NCBI GenBank assembly: GCA_027592785.1 | Contig: JAQCLD010000007.1 | Span: forward strand, 7,995-71,994 | Reading direction: 5' to 3' | Source of the DNA: Acidobacteriota bacterium | GTDB taxonomy: Bacteria; Acidobacteriota; Terriglobia; Bryobacterales; UBA6623 | Length of the DNA stretch: 64,000 nucleotides | Part shown: one piece after another, positions 9,474 through 19,171 of the stretch | How the letters are laid out: every line of letters begins with the position of its first letter | Position numbering within the stretch: position 1 is the first letter of the stretch | The notes under the pieces: generated by a model | What the model was told of the DNA's origin: nothing | The model's input: only the letters and a program-made list of their open reading frames with translations | The model's database searches: none | Translations under genes and position numbers: made by a program

Positions 9474-9959
9474 TTAAGCGGGGCGAATACCGAACAGGGC
9501 CTGTCCGTACTCGATTGGCTCGCCGTTAGCGACAAATCTCTTGGCGACGACGCCGGACACTTCGGCCTCGATCTCATTCATGAGCTTCATCGCCTCGATG
9601 ATGCAAAGCGTCTCGCCCTTTTCTACCGTGTCGCCAATGTCCACGAATGCGGGTGAACCTGGCGATGCGGATTCGTAGAAGGTTCCCACCATCGGCGACT
9701 TAACCATGACGAGATCGTCGTCAGCCGGAGCCGCCGGCTCGGCCGCGGCGCCGCCTGGGGTCGGAGCTTGCAGGGCGTCCTGGTAAGAGGGAGCGACGCT
9801 GGCCATGCCGGACGTCACGACGACGTAAGGTGGAGCATCATCGGCGCCGGCGGCCTTACGCCGGATCCTGATCTTCTCGTCGCCGTCTTGGACTTCTAGC
9901 TCAGTGACGTCGGTATCGGCGATCAGCTCAAGCAATTCTTTGATGTGGTCGAGATTCAT
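9474..9959 (-). CDS. accB: Acetyl-CoA carboxylase biotin carboxyl carrier protein
   Basis: Pro/Ala linker and biotinylation motif CIIEAMKLMNEIEAE. Lies 18 bp upstream of accC. Confidence 0.9.
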   Translation of the reverse strand: MNLDHIKELLELIADTDVTELEVQDGDEKIRIRRKAAGADDAPPYVVVTSGMASVAPSYQDALQAPTPGGAAAEPAAPADDDLVMVKSPMVGTFYESASPGSPAFVDIGDTVEKGETLCIIEAMKLMNEIEAEVSGVVAKRFVANGEPIEYGQALFGIRPA

Positions 9960-9989
9960 CTTGGAAACAAGCTACGTAAGGTGACGATT

Positions 9990-11060
9990 CTAGAGGATTC
10001 GCAGTTCGCGACTGGTAGGGGTTAGCGGCTCGCATCCGTCGGTTCCGACGACGACAACATCCTCGATTCGGACTCCGCCAATACCTTCGAGATAAACGCC
10101 TGGCTCAATCGTGATCACCATTCCGGCCTTTAGGCGTGTCGAAACTGTGTTGGCGATCCGCGGCGCCTCGTGGATCTCCAGGCCCAAACCATGCCCCGTA
10201 GAATGCACAAAATATCTATCTAAGCCCTTTTCCTTCAGTACTTTCCGAGCCGCTCGATCGACTGTAGAGCAGGCCACGCCAGCTCGAACCGAATCGATTG
10301 CGGACTGTTGCGCCTCGCGGACGGCATCAACCAGGGCGAGATGGTCCGATGAAGGACGCCCCAGCGAAATCATGCGTGTCATGTCGCTCGCGTAACCGTC
10401 GAGTATAGCACCGTGATCGACGACAACCAGGCTATTGCGCTGCAGCTTGATGGGCCTCGGAGCGGCATGCGGCCGAGCCCCGTGGGTGCCGGAGGCGACG
10501 ATCGATGGGAAAGACGCTCCTTCGGCCCCACGTCTCCGCATCTCGAATTCTAACTCACCGGCGAGACGCGTTTCCGACCAGGTTGGTCTAAGCCGTCCGA
10601 CGACAGACTCGAATACTTCCGAGTTCAGCAGGGCTGATTTTCTCAGGCGGTCGATCTCTTCCGCCGATTTGACGGCGCGCAGGCCTTCGACAGCACCCTC
10701 CAATTGACGGATCTTCTTGCGGACGTCGCGCAGTCGTTCATAGGCGGCAAGCGAAAGGCGATTGCGCTCTACGCCGACACGGAACAGCCGGCGATTCCGA
10801 ACCTCGTTGAGTAGAACGTCAAACGGATCCGTTGGCGACACGCGGACCTCGACGCCTGATGCCTGTTCGCGAGCCTGCTCATCGTAGCGACCGTCGACGA
10901 ACAGAGTCGTCCGACCCGGTTCGACCAAGAGATGGCCAGCGGAGCCGGTGAACCCCGTCAGGTAACGAATATTGGAGAGAGCAGAAACGTAGAACGCATC
11001 GATCTCTTCCCGAAACACGTTGCCGCCGAGTCGACCTAGCCTTGCGCTCTGGACGGTCAC
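9990..11060 (-). CDS. pepP: Xaa-Pro aminopeptidase (M24 family)
   Basis: Creatinase-like N-terminal domain plus M24 motifs HSTGHGLGLEIHE and VITIEPGVY. Confidence 0.85.
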   Translation of the reverse strand: MTVQSARLGRLGGNVFREEIDAFYVSALSNIRYLTGFTGSAGHLLVEPGRTTLFVDGRYDEQAREQASGVEVRVSPTDPFDVLLNEVRNRRLFRVGVERNRLSLAAYERLRDVRKKIRQLEGAVEGLRAVKSAEEIDRLRKSALLNSEVFESVVGRLRPTWSETRLAGELEFEMRRRGAEGASFPSIVASGTHGARPHAAPRPIKLQRNSLVVVDHGAILDGYASDMTRMISLGRPSSDHLALVDAVREAQQSAIDSVRAGVACSTVDRAARKVLKEKGLDRYFVHSTGHGLGLEIHEAPRIANTVSTRLKAGMVITIEPGVYLEGIGGVRIEDVVVVGTDGCEPLTPTSRELRIL

Positions 11061-11782
11061 GGCGCGGGAGATATCTTGACGGAGATTCCGACGCCATTAG
11101 CGGTGATCTCAACCGGACCATCGCGCACGGTTTCGACAACAATTCGCACCCGCGCCGGCTCAAAACTGTTCTGGGCCGCGCGCAGCTGGCGTATGAGCGG
11201 ATGGGGGCTGGCTCGGGAGAGTTCGGATGGAGACACGCGCAGCTCGGCGTCCTCAACGTCAATCACCAGTCGATCGGGGTTCGTCAGCCAGAACGAGCGA
11301 TATTGCGGCTGGCCCTGCACCTCTGCGAGGATCTCGATGGCTTGACCCCAGGGAACAAGCTTTAGGGCGGCCACGGTGTGGGTCGGCGCAGCGCCGAATT
11401 CGCGTTCTGGGCGCTCTTGCACTGGAGGCTCGGCAGTGACAATCGACGTTTCGGACTGGACCGGCGCTGCAGCGATCGGCGGCTCGCTGGGAACTATCGG
11501 GACAGCCGCGACCGCCGGCGGTTCGCCGGCTACCGCTGGCGGAGGGGTGGGGGCGGCGGGCCGCTCGTAAATGGCGACCAACGGTTCATCGTCGGACAGC
11601 GGTTCCCTGAAAACGCCCAACACTTGCGCAGCGATGATCCCACAGCCGATAGCCACCAAGGCCAAAGCCAAGACGATCTCTCGTTTGGTTAGGAATCGTG
11701 ACGGAGCTCCGCTTGCGTCAAGAGCCGGCGGCAGAGAATCGTTCGATCCCGCACGACCTTTTAGCAAATTGATCCGGATCAT
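11057..11782 (-). CDS. PilN-like N-terminus + TM + Pro-rich linker + C-terminal AMIN domain fusion
   Basis: N-terminal MIRINLL (PilM-binding INLL-type motif), TM helix IVLALALVAIGCGIIAAQVL, PAPTPPPAVAGEPP linker, and an AMIN-like C-terminus (YRSFWLTNPDRLVIDVEDAEL...ARVRIVVETV). 4-nt overlaps with pilM and pepP. Confidence 0.6.
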   Translation of the reverse strand: MIRINLLKGRAGSNDSLPPALDASGAPSRFLTKREIVLALALVAIGCGIIAAQVLGVFREPLSDDEPLVAIYERPAAPTPPPAVAGEPPAVAAVPIVPSEPPIAAAPVQSETSIVTAEPPVQERPEREFGAAPTHTVAALKLVPWGQAIEILAEVQGQPQYRSFWLTNPDRLVIDVEDAELRVSPSELSRASPHPLIRQLRAAQNSFEPARVRIVVETVRDGPVEITANGVGISVKISPAP

Positions 11783-12783
11783 TGTTCTTCTAGCCCCTGC
11801 AATGCGAGTCCAGCCGCGACCGCAAGCGATGAGCGATGTTCCGCAACAACTCGCCCTGGACCGGCTCCAGGAGAATAGCTCACCCGTAGGAAGGCGTCGA
11901 GTTCTTCCACGGGTTTACCCGTCCGCGTTTGAATCGCCTCCTTCAATTCCGGCGCCGAAGCCGGCCCGCCGGAAAGGAGAATGCGCGACAGCTCTGCCGG
12001 TCGCGATCGCAATTCGATCTGATCCCAATGCAGATCCAAGGCGGCAATCACACGCTCGGGCACCGACCGCGCGGCCGCAGGCCAAGCGAGGTTAATCACG
12101 ACGTCTCGACCGTAGATTGGGACTTCGCCGCGCATCAGCACGAGCGAGGCGCGCCTCGCGCCAACATGAAGCAGAAGAGCGACATCTTGCGCGTCTGGCT
12201 GATAGCTAAAAGAGTACGCGTTGGCCAGAGCGCAACTCTGCGCCTGAACAAGCGTCGGCGTCTTAGCAGAGAGCCGCACCGTTTCTCGGATCCAATCAAT
12301 ACTCTCAGCTGGAGCCGCGACCCAGACGAATCCGCCCGGCACTTCCTGGTAGCCGCTGCTAGCCGAGTCCGCCGGGTAGGAAATCGTTTCCGCCATGCGA
12401 CTCCGAGCCAGCGCGGGCAGATCTCCGCGCTCCGATTCGCTGGCCTCCTCCGCTTGGCAAAAGACGCGCTCACCGGACACAGCGACGGCAACCCGCTGGT
12501 CCGCCAGTGAATAGTCATTCCATAGTGACTTCAGGGCGCGGGCCACGGAGATACCATCCGTCAGGACTCCTTCGGTGGCAACGCCAGGAGGGGTCGAGGC
12601 CAACGCCGCCTCGCGCAATACGACGCCCTCGGGGCGGCGCTCAAGCACAACAACCTTGATCATCGTTGCGCCAACGTCGAGACCTGTCATTTTGACGCTG
12701 CGACCCAACTTGGGCAGCCTGCTCTTCCGAGACGAGGTTCCGCCCGTTGGCTCCTCGGTTGCGTCGTCAAATAGGGAATTCAT
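11779..12783 (-). CDS. pilM: Type IV pilus assembly protein PilM (actin-like ATPase fold)
   Basis: GLDVGATMIKVVVLERR, ...QSCALANAY..., ...LLSGGPASAPELKEAIQTRTGKPVEELD. Confidence 0.75.
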   Translation of the reverse strand: MNSLFDDATEEPTGGTSSRKSRLPKLGRSVKMTGLDVGATMIKVVVLERRPEGVVLREAALASTPPGVATEGVLTDGISVARALKSLWNDYSLADQRVAVAVSGERVFCQAEEASESERGDLPALARSRMAETISYPADSASSGYQEVPGGFVWVAAPAESIDWIRETVRLSAKTPTLVQAQSCALANAYSFSYQPDAQDVALLLHVGARRASLVLMRGEVPIYGRDVVINLAWPAAARSVPERVIAALDLHWDQIELRSRPAELSRILLSGGPASAPELKEAIQTRTGKPVEELDAFLRVSYSPGAGPGRVVAEHRSSLAVAAGLALQGLEEQ

Positions 12784-12811
12784 GAGCGATTGAAATTCGA
12801 CAGCCTGGCTC

Positions 12812-13426
12812 TTAACGGGGCATGTTCCTTACCATGTCCTCGGCGAGCAAGCGCGCCCGATCAGAAAGGCTCCGTGCCAATTCCAGGTCGCTGCGGCGCG
12901 CTTCGTCAACTTGCACAAGAAAAGACCGGACGCGCTCAATTGCCGACCTCTGCGCCTCTCTGAGTGGACGTTTCTGCAACAACTCCAGGCTAGCCTGGGC
13001 GGCAAGTACATTTTGGCTGATCATCCGATTATATTCTCGCCTTTGATCAGCAGTCAGCAGGCGTCCCAACTGCGGCACGGCGGACGGCGGGCTAGGCGCC
13101 TCCACGGCAATCGGCGGCTGTGCGGAAGGTGAAGGCGACTGCGGCGAGACAGACGGCAGCTGCGGGCCCACGATCGCCGTTGTGGTTGGAGGGTCCGGTA
13201 TAGCGGCCTCGGGAACCGGCTGCGGGGGCAGCAGCTCCACTTGTGTTTGGGGAACGGATACAGGTCCCTTTATGGTTGGAGTCGGAATCGTGGGAGCAGG
13301 CGTTGGCAGCGACGCGTCGGCCCGGCGACTAGCGCATGAACTCAGCAAGAGGGGGAGAAAAACAGCGATCAGAAGCAGCGCACATCGCTGTCGGCCGCGC
13401 GATTCGAACGGCATAGCTAGCTGCAC
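12812..13426 (-). CDS. Hypothetical proline-rich lipoprotein with helical C-terminal domain
   Basis: Lipobox LLLSSC, a long P/T/S/Q-rich segment and a helical tail. Its start overlaps the kinase stop by 10 nt. Confidence 0.5.
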   Translation of the reverse strand: MQLAMPFESRGRQRCALLLIAVFLPLLLSSCASRRADASLPTPAPTIPTPTIKGPVSVPQTQVELLPPQPVPEAAIPDPPTTTAIVGPQLPSVSPQSPSPSAQPPIAVEAPSPPSAVPQLGRLLTADQRREYNRMISQNVLAAQASLELLQKRPLREAQRSAIERVRSFLVQVDEARRSDLELARSLSDRARLLAEDMVRNMPR

Positions 13427-15327
13427 TCCGGAGGCGACACGCCGTCGTCGTGCCGGCGATTCGGCGTAGCCCCGATCACTCGGGCGGTAGGCATAAGAAT
13501 CCGAAACTCGGTACCCTGACCAACTTCGCTAACGACGTCGATTGTACCACCGTGCAGTTGGACGGCCTGGAACGTCATGGCCAGGCCAATGCCGGAACCC
13601 TTTCCGCCTTTCGTACTGAAGTAGAGTTGGAAAATTTGCGGTCGGACGTCCTCGGGAATCCCCGCGCCGCTGTCTTTGATTCGCACGAGCCAGCCGTCGT
13701 CTGTTCCTTCCAAACGCAGCTCAAGTGTGCCTCCTGAAGAACTCGCCTGCAGGCCGTTCACGACGACGTTCAGAAGGGCCTGTTTCAAGAGGTCGCGATC
13801 ACCGCGTACTACTACCTCATCCGCGGGCTCGCAGATGACCTGTATCCCTTGTGCCTCCGCGTCTGGCCGGACCAGGCCAGCCAACTCCACAACCAGCCGC
13901 CCCAAATCAAACTCGTCGACCTTGAGTTCCACTGGACGAGTGAAGTCCAAGAAGGACTTCACAACCCTGTCCAGCCGCTGGATTTCCCTGGATATCACTT
14001 CGATCTCGTCCGCACCTGCCGAGTCATGTGTCAACTTCTGCTTCAACACCTCCAAATGGAGCGCGATCGAATTGAGCGGATTCTTGATCTCGTGTGCAGC
14101 GCCGCTCGTGAGACGACTGATTGCGGCCATCCGTGTTGACAGATCGAGCTGTAGCTCAATCTGCTTTCGGGGATCCGCTTCCCGCAGCGTGATCAGGGCC
14201 CCCAATCGCTCATGCGTCACGAAATCCTCAATCAATTCGACCGAGGCGAGCAAGTTTCGTGGGGTGTCAGCGCCCCGGCCCTCGAGACGCACCGGACGAT
14301 CTTTCGTCTGCCGCCTCAGGCGCACCGCACTTTGTACGAGGGCTCCGAGCTGTGATGAATCCGGAAATACCTCTTCCAGTGTCTTGCCCATCAGTTCCCA
14401 TCGGCCGGCGCCGACAAGTCGCTCCGCCGCGCCGCCGGCCATCACGAGCTTGTCGTCGGGACCAAACAGCAGCACCGCCTCTTGCAAGCGATCGAGAAGC
14501 TGATCCATGCTGCCCCTCAGTTCCTCGGTGTCCGCACGGGCTCCACGGAACTGTTGCCCTAACAGGCTTAGCTTGGATTCAACAGCTGCCAACTCTTTCG
14601 TCGGGCTAACGCCGTCATCTGAATCGTCGTTCTGCTCACCTCGCGTGATTCGGTCGATCTGCTCGCCAATCTTTTCAAACGGCCTAACTGCGAGGCTGGA
14701 AACGACGACCGCAGCAAACACCGACACAAGCAACGCCACGACAGAGGCGATCCCAAGGGGTTCCAACGGCGCCAGATAGTGCTCTCGCATCAGCAGCGAC
14801 GAGACGATCATATGGATGGTGAATAGTTGTCGGTCGCCCACCCCGAGCTGTCTGACGACATCGTAGTCTTGGTTTGACGATAAAGTTTCCCCCAAGCGCG
14901 CGACCAGATTTTGATCCTCGAACTCCTCCAGGAGCGGCAAAGGCGTGAAGTTCTGACCCCCTCGGGAACTGAGTGATGCCGCCAACACCGAGCCGTCCGG
15001 CCCAGTGATTAGAGCTTCAATCAGGACCGCGGAACTGGCCATAAGGTTGGCCAACAAGTCGTCCAGCTCTTCGTCAGAAGCGACGGCGCGGACGTAAGCG
15101 TCGGCAACCTCATCCAGTGTGGCGGGCGCGGGCTGCATGCGCTGAACGGCGGCCTGAGCCCTTGGCAGCAGGAAGCTTTCTACCTGCTGCGCGTTCTCGT
15201 CGGCAATTCGACGCGCATCGCCAAAGCTTGTCTGCAAGGTGGTCCGCAGGAACAGGACCGAAAGCAAGACGACCGTCGCGGCGACAAGCGTCACGATCGA
15301 GGCGACTAGTCTGGCGCGCAGGGACAT
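13417..15327 (-). CDS. Sensor histidine kinase (TM, periplasmic domain, HAMP, PAS-like, HisKA, HATPase)
   Basis: H-box AAHEIKNPLN and G-boxes DSGAGI / GSGIGLAM. N-terminal TM helix. Confidence 0.85.
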   Translation of the reverse strand: MSLRARLVASIVTLVAATVVLLSVLFLRTTLQTSFGDARRIADENAQQVESFLLPRAQAAVQRMQPAPATLDEVADAYVRAVASDEELDDLLANLMASSAVLIEALITGPDGSVLAASLSSRGGQNFTPLPLLEEFEDQNLVARLGETLSSNQDYDVVRQLGVGDRQLFTIHMIVSSLLMREHYLAPLEPLGIASVVALLVSVFAAVVVSSLAVRPFEKIGEQIDRITRGEQNDDSDDGVSPTKELAAVESKLSLLGQQFRGARADTEELRGSMDQLLDRLQEAVLLFGPDDKLVMAGGAAERLVGAGRWELMGKTLEEVFPDSSQLGALVQSAVRLRRQTKDRPVRLEGRGADTPRNLLASVELIEDFVTHERLGALITLREADPRKQIELQLDLSTRMAAISRLTSGAAHEIKNPLNSIALHLEVLKQKLTHDSAGADEIEVISREIQRLDRVVKSFLDFTRPVELKVDEFDLGRLVVELAGLVRPDAEAQGIQVICEPADEVVVRGDRDLLKQALLNVVVNGLQASSSGGTLELRLEGTDDGWLVRIKDSGAGIPEDVRPQIFQLYFSTKGGKGSGIGLAMTFQAVQLHGGTIDVVSEVGQGTEFRILMPTARVIGATPNRRHDDGVSPPECS

Positions 15328-15345
15328 ATCGATTTCGTAGCGGCC

Positions 15346-16746
15346 TTACCCGTCCGATTCTTGCTGACTGTATTCCTTCAGCTTGTTGTGTAAGGTTTTG
15401 AGACTGACTTCGAGGATTTGCGCGGCGCGCGTCTTGTTATTGTCGGTGTGCTCCAAGGTCTTGATGATGAGCGCCTTCTCCCCTTCCCGCACCGTCGTAC
15501 CGACCCGCAGGGTGATCGCTTCCGGATCAGAAGATTCGATTGTTCCGGTTTTGCTGTCCCCGAATGCGATTAGGTGGCTGGGCAAGATCGGGCCTTCGCC
15601 AGCCAGGATTACGGCGCGCTCGAGGACGTTGCGCAGTTCGCGAACGTTCCCCGGCCAAGCATGAAGTCGGAAGTTGTCGAGAACTTGCGGATGCAGCTCC
15701 GTCGCCCGGCAGTCGTGCTTCTTGTTAAGCGAACGAACCAATGCTTCGGCGATGGGCAGGATGTCGTCTTTACGCTCTCTAAGCGGGGGCAGGTGGATGT
15801 GAAACACGTTCAATCGATAGTAGAGGTCCTCGCGCAACTGGCCTTCAGCAACGCTTTCGTCGATCTTTTTGTTCGTGGCCGCGATCACCCTCGTATCCAC
15901 GTCAATCTCTGCACTGCCGCCAAGACGCCGGATGCTGGAACCCTCCAGCACTCGGAGCAACTTTGCTTGCGTGCCGATCGGCATGTCGCCAATCTCATCC
16001 AGCAGCAGCGTTCCGCCGTCCGCTAGTTCAAAACAGCCGTTGCGGCGTTGCAACGCGCCGGTAAACGCCCCTTTCTCATGCCCGAAGAGCTCGCTTTCGA
16101 TCAGCGACTCCGGCAAGGCCGCACAGTTGATCGCCACGAAGCTGTTTGCCTTTCGCGGGCTTAAGTTGTGAATCGCCCGTGCAACCAACTCTTTCCCGGT
16201 TCCGCTCTCGCCAGTGATCAGAACCGATGCCTTGCTGGGAGCCACTTGCCGGATAATCGAGAAGACTTCCTGCATCACCTTGGAGCTGCCGACCAGCTGG
16301 TCCAAGGAACCCTGGTAGCTGAGCTCACGCTCTAACAGTTCATGCTGTTCGCTGAGGCGACCCTGCGCCGCCGCTCTTTCGAGCAGCGTCCGCATTGAGC
16401 TGGCCTGAATCGGCTTCTCGATGAACCAAAATGCCCCAAGATCGTGGACCGTCTTAATGGCATTCTCGATCGTGCCAAAAGCGGTCAGCACGATCGTCGT
16501 CGGGGCGGAGCCCTCTCGGGTGAGCCTTTGGAGCAGCTCAAAGCCGTCCATGCGCGGCATGTTGAGGTCCGTCACCATCACGTGGGCGCGGAAAATCGCC
16601 AGCTTTTCGAGCGCTTCCTGGCCGTCGGCAGCGGTCTCCACCGCGTAGCCCCAGGACGAGACCAGACTCGAGAGCCCGCGCCTTTGATCGTCCTCGTCGT
16701 CGACAATCAAGACCCTTGTTTGCTTGGCGCCTTCGGCTTCACTCAT
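15346..16746 (-). CDS. Sigma54-dependent response regulator (NtrC/PilR class)
   Basis: Receiver VLIVDDEDD..D, AAA+ Walker A GESGTGKE, GAFTGA motif (EKGAFTGA) and a C-terminal Fis-type HTH. ATG 16746 (MSEAEG) is preferred over the extended track start at 16800. Confidence 0.9.
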   Translation of the reverse strand: MSEAEGAKQTRVLIVDDEDDQRRGLSSLVSSWGYAVETAADGQEALEKLAIFRAHVMVTDLNMPRMDGFELLQRLTREGSAPTTIVLTAFGTIENAIKTVHDLGAFWFIEKPIQASSMRTLLERAAAQGRLSEQHELLERELSYQGSLDQLVGSSKVMQEVFSIIRQVAPSKASVLITGESGTGKELVARAIHNLSPRKANSFVAINCAALPESLIESELFGHEKGAFTGALQRRNGCFELADGGTLLLDEIGDMPIGTQAKLLRVLEGSSIRRLGGSAEIDVDTRVIAATNKKIDESVAEGQLREDLYYRLNVFHIHLPPLRERKDDILPIAEALVRSLNKKHDCRATELHPQVLDNFRLHAWPGNVRELRNVLERAVILAGEGPILPSHLIAFGDSKTGTIESSDPEAITLRVGTTVREGEKALIIKTLEHTDNNKTRAAQILEVSLKTLHNKLKEYSQQESDG

Positions 16747-16815
16747 CCGCTCTATTCTAGCCGGGAGCCGAGGCCGGGCTTTGGGTTGCTTGCGCAGCAT
16801 GCTAGTTTGTGGAGG

Positions 16816-17352
16816 ATGAATCGCTTACTTGCAACTCTGATTCTGTCGGCCGTCGTTGCGTTCGGGGCGGGCGAGCTGTCGGAGCGCAGGGCTCCCGGCT
16901 TCTCGCTGCCTGACGTCAACCTTGAGCAGCACGATCTCTATGACTTTCGGGGAAAGGTGGTGGTACTGAACATCATGAAGACCTCCTGCCCCCACTGCCA
17001 GGTTTTGTCCAAGGTCCTCAACGAAGCGGAGACGCACTACGGCGGCGCGGTGAAGGTGCTGTCGATCGTCCACCCTCCCGATAGTCTTTCCAAGGTCCAA
17101 GCCTATTTGAAAGACAACAACCTGTCGACGACGATCCTTTTTGATTCCGGCCAGGTGGCTGCTTCGTATATGAAGTTAACGCCGGAGAACCCAAGCTTCG
17201 CGACGCCTCATTTCTTCATCATCGATCAAGACGGCCAGATACGCGAAGACTACGGTTACGAGCCGCTCGCCCGCAATATCTTCCAAGGCTACGGCATCTA
17301 CGGCATTCTCGATCGTTACGTGAAGCCGCCTGAAGTAGCCCGCGCGAAGTGA
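16816..17352 (+). CDS. Thioredoxin-fold thiol:disulfide oxidoreductase (TlpA/redoxin-like), secreted
   Basis: Signal sequence MNRLLATLILSAVVAFGAG and CPHC active site in VVVLNIMKTSCPHCQ. The track ORF 16444 start is an antisense-overlapping extension. ATG 16816 follows GGAGG. Confidence 0.8.
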   Translation: MNRLLATLILSAVVAFGAGELSERRAPGFSLPDVNLEQHDLYDFRGKVVVLNIMKTSCPHCQVLSKVLNEAETHYGGAVKVLSIVHPPDSLSKVQAYLKDNNLSTTILFDSGQVAASYMKLTPENPSFATPHFFIIDQDGQIREDYGYEPLARNIFQGYGIYGILDRYVKPPEVARAK

Positions 17353-17356
17353 GTGC

Positions 17357-19090
17357 CTACAAGCCAAGTTCCGCCCGAATGAACTTGGCCGGGGGCGAAC
17401 CATGCGATAGAACGGCGTCATGGAAAGTTTTCCAGTCGGTGATCGCGCCATTCTGCTTTTCCCAGCCTTTACGAATCTCCCAAACCTCTTCGTTGCCCAC
17501 AAAATAGCTGGAGAGTTGAGTGGATGTGAGGCGCGCCCTTCGCCACTTCCCGGCGGCCTCTCCGTCCTCTTGGAAGCCTTCGGTCATCATTAAATCCATC
17601 GCTTCTTGCTCGGTCATCGAGCCGGCGTGGATCTTCTGGTCGAGAATGGCGTTGATTACCGCGCGGGCGTACATCTTGAGCTGCTGCATCTTCACCTGCG
17701 GCCCGCCGTAGCCGTGTTCGGCCATCAGCTGCTCAGCGTATACCGCCCAACCCTCGACGAACGGACCACTGTAGAAAATGTGCCTGGTCAGAGTAGGGGC
17801 AATGAACTTATTGGAATGGGCCAACTGCAGGTAGTGCCCGGGCATGGCCTCGTGCACGGTGAGGTCGCGCAGCATGTAGTCGTTGTATTCCCGGTAGAGC
17901 GATTCGGTGCGCTCGGCGGACCAATCTTGCGGCGTCGGCGCGATCGCATAGAACGTCTTGCCGTTCTCCTCCAAAGGGCCGGGAGAATCGCAATAGGCGG
18001 TCGAAACGCCCCGCCGGAACTCCGGCATGACGATGATCTCCACCGGCTCGGCAGGCAGGCTCATCAATAAGTTATCGCCGACGAAACGCGTCGTCTCCGT
18101 TAACGTTTCGCGCGCATCGTCGACGATCGTGGCATCGGTTGGCCGGTCTTCGGCTAGGCGGTCCAAGGTGTCGCGTATGACGCTCATCCTCTCGGCTAGC
18201 TGGTCATCGGAAGCGTTGGGATGGGCGCTGCGGAAGAGCGGCAATGCGGTTTCATAGAGGGCGTCGTGGGTCTCCGCCAATCGCGCCTCAGCCCGGGCGA
18301 GGATCTCTTCCATGGAGAGGTCCGAATGAAGAGTAAAGGCCAGCTTGCGACGGAACTTCTCTTCGCCGAGACGGAACTCGCCGTTCGAGCGCGGAAGTAA
18401 GTCTGTCTCAAGCCACTCGCCGTAGTCTTCCAACGCAGCGATAGCTGCATCTCTTGCCGGCTGGATCTCGGCCCTCAAGTCGGGATAGGGGGCGAGTATG
18501 CCTTCGAGTTCATCGCGAATCAGGGAGATGGATCCCGGGTTCTGCAGAATGGCCGTCTCGGTGTGCACCCTTGGCGGGTTGACTAGATTCTCGCGGGCCG
18601 CAGCGAACACGGCAGGAAGCGCCTGCAATCGCGCAGCAAGATGCCGCAGCCGCTCCTCCTCAGGAGCGAAGTCCCGCGCCAATAGTCCGTAGATCGACCC
18701 GCCAACGTTGTAGAGCAGCGGATTCCACTCAAACTCCCGCAACTCCTCCACCCCGAAGATCGACTCTTCGATGCGGTTTCTCAGGATTGCGTAATCGGTT
18801 GCGTTGACCGCGCTCAAGCGAACCGGATCCACCCCATCGAGCCGAGCCAGATAGCGCTTTTCCATCTCGAGCGAGGCCTCGATGCCTGCCCGGGAGTAGT
18901 CGCCCAAACGATCGTCGAAACGGTGATCGCCAAGCAGAGTAGCCCACTCCGGGTTCATCTCGAGAAATTCTTCGAGGTATTCCTTCGAGATAGCTTCGAA
19001 ATCGCCGTCCTGCAGACTCCGGTTATCGGGCGCCGCAGCGCAGGCACTCAGCAGCAGGGCAAGAAAAACGGCGAACAGGCGAGACGACAT
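17357..19090 (-). CDS. DUF885-family lipoprotein (metallopeptidase-like HExxPGH motif)
   Basis: Lipobox LLLSAC and the motif TVHEAMPGHYLQ typical of DUF885. Confidence 0.8.
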   Translation of the reverse strand: MSSRLFAVFLALLLSACAAAPDNRSLQDGDFEAISKEYLEEFLEMNPEWATLLGDHRFDDRLGDYSRAGIEASLEMEKRYLARLDGVDPVRLSAVNATDYAILRNRIEESIFGVEELREFEWNPLLYNVGGSIYGLLARDFAPEEERLRHLAARLQALPAVFAAARENLVNPPRVHTETAILQNPGSISLIRDELEGILAPYPDLRAEIQPARDAAIAALEDYGEWLETDLLPRSNGEFRLGEEKFRRKLAFTLHSDLSMEEILARAEARLAETHDALYETALPLFRSAHPNASDDQLAERMSVIRDTLDRLAEDRPTDATIVDDARETLTETTRFVGDNLLMSLPAEPVEIIVMPEFRRGVSTAYCDSPGPLEENGKTFYAIAPTPQDWSAERTESLYREYNDYMLRDLTVHEAMPGHYLQLAHSNKFIAPTLTRHIFYSGPFVEGWAVYAEQLMAEHGYGGPQVKMQQLKMYARAVINAILDQKIHAGSMTEQEAMDLMMTEGFQEDGEAAGKWRRARLTSTQLSSYFVGNEEVWEIRKGWEKQNGAITDWKTFHDAVLSHGSPPAKFIRAELGL

Positions 19091-19171
19091 TACTCGAAAG
19101 AATAACTCGCGGAGCCTCGAAGGGCCAGACTACCGTGAGCTGTTCGGGATTCTAGGCGCTTTGTCGCGCGG

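Noticed and set aside
12784-12811. Possible sigma54 promoter upstream of pilM (minus strand AGGCTG-N5-TTTCA)
   Set aside because: Both the -24 GG context (AGGCTG versus TGGCAC) and the critical -12 GC (TC here) deviate from consensus. I did not recognise a better TGGCAC-N5-TTGC match in the intergenic regions I read.
13676-14503. 275-aa + strand ORF inside the histidine kinase gene
   Set aside because: It is antisense to the kinase and gives a Ser/Arg/Thr-rich low-complexity product. Shadow ORF.
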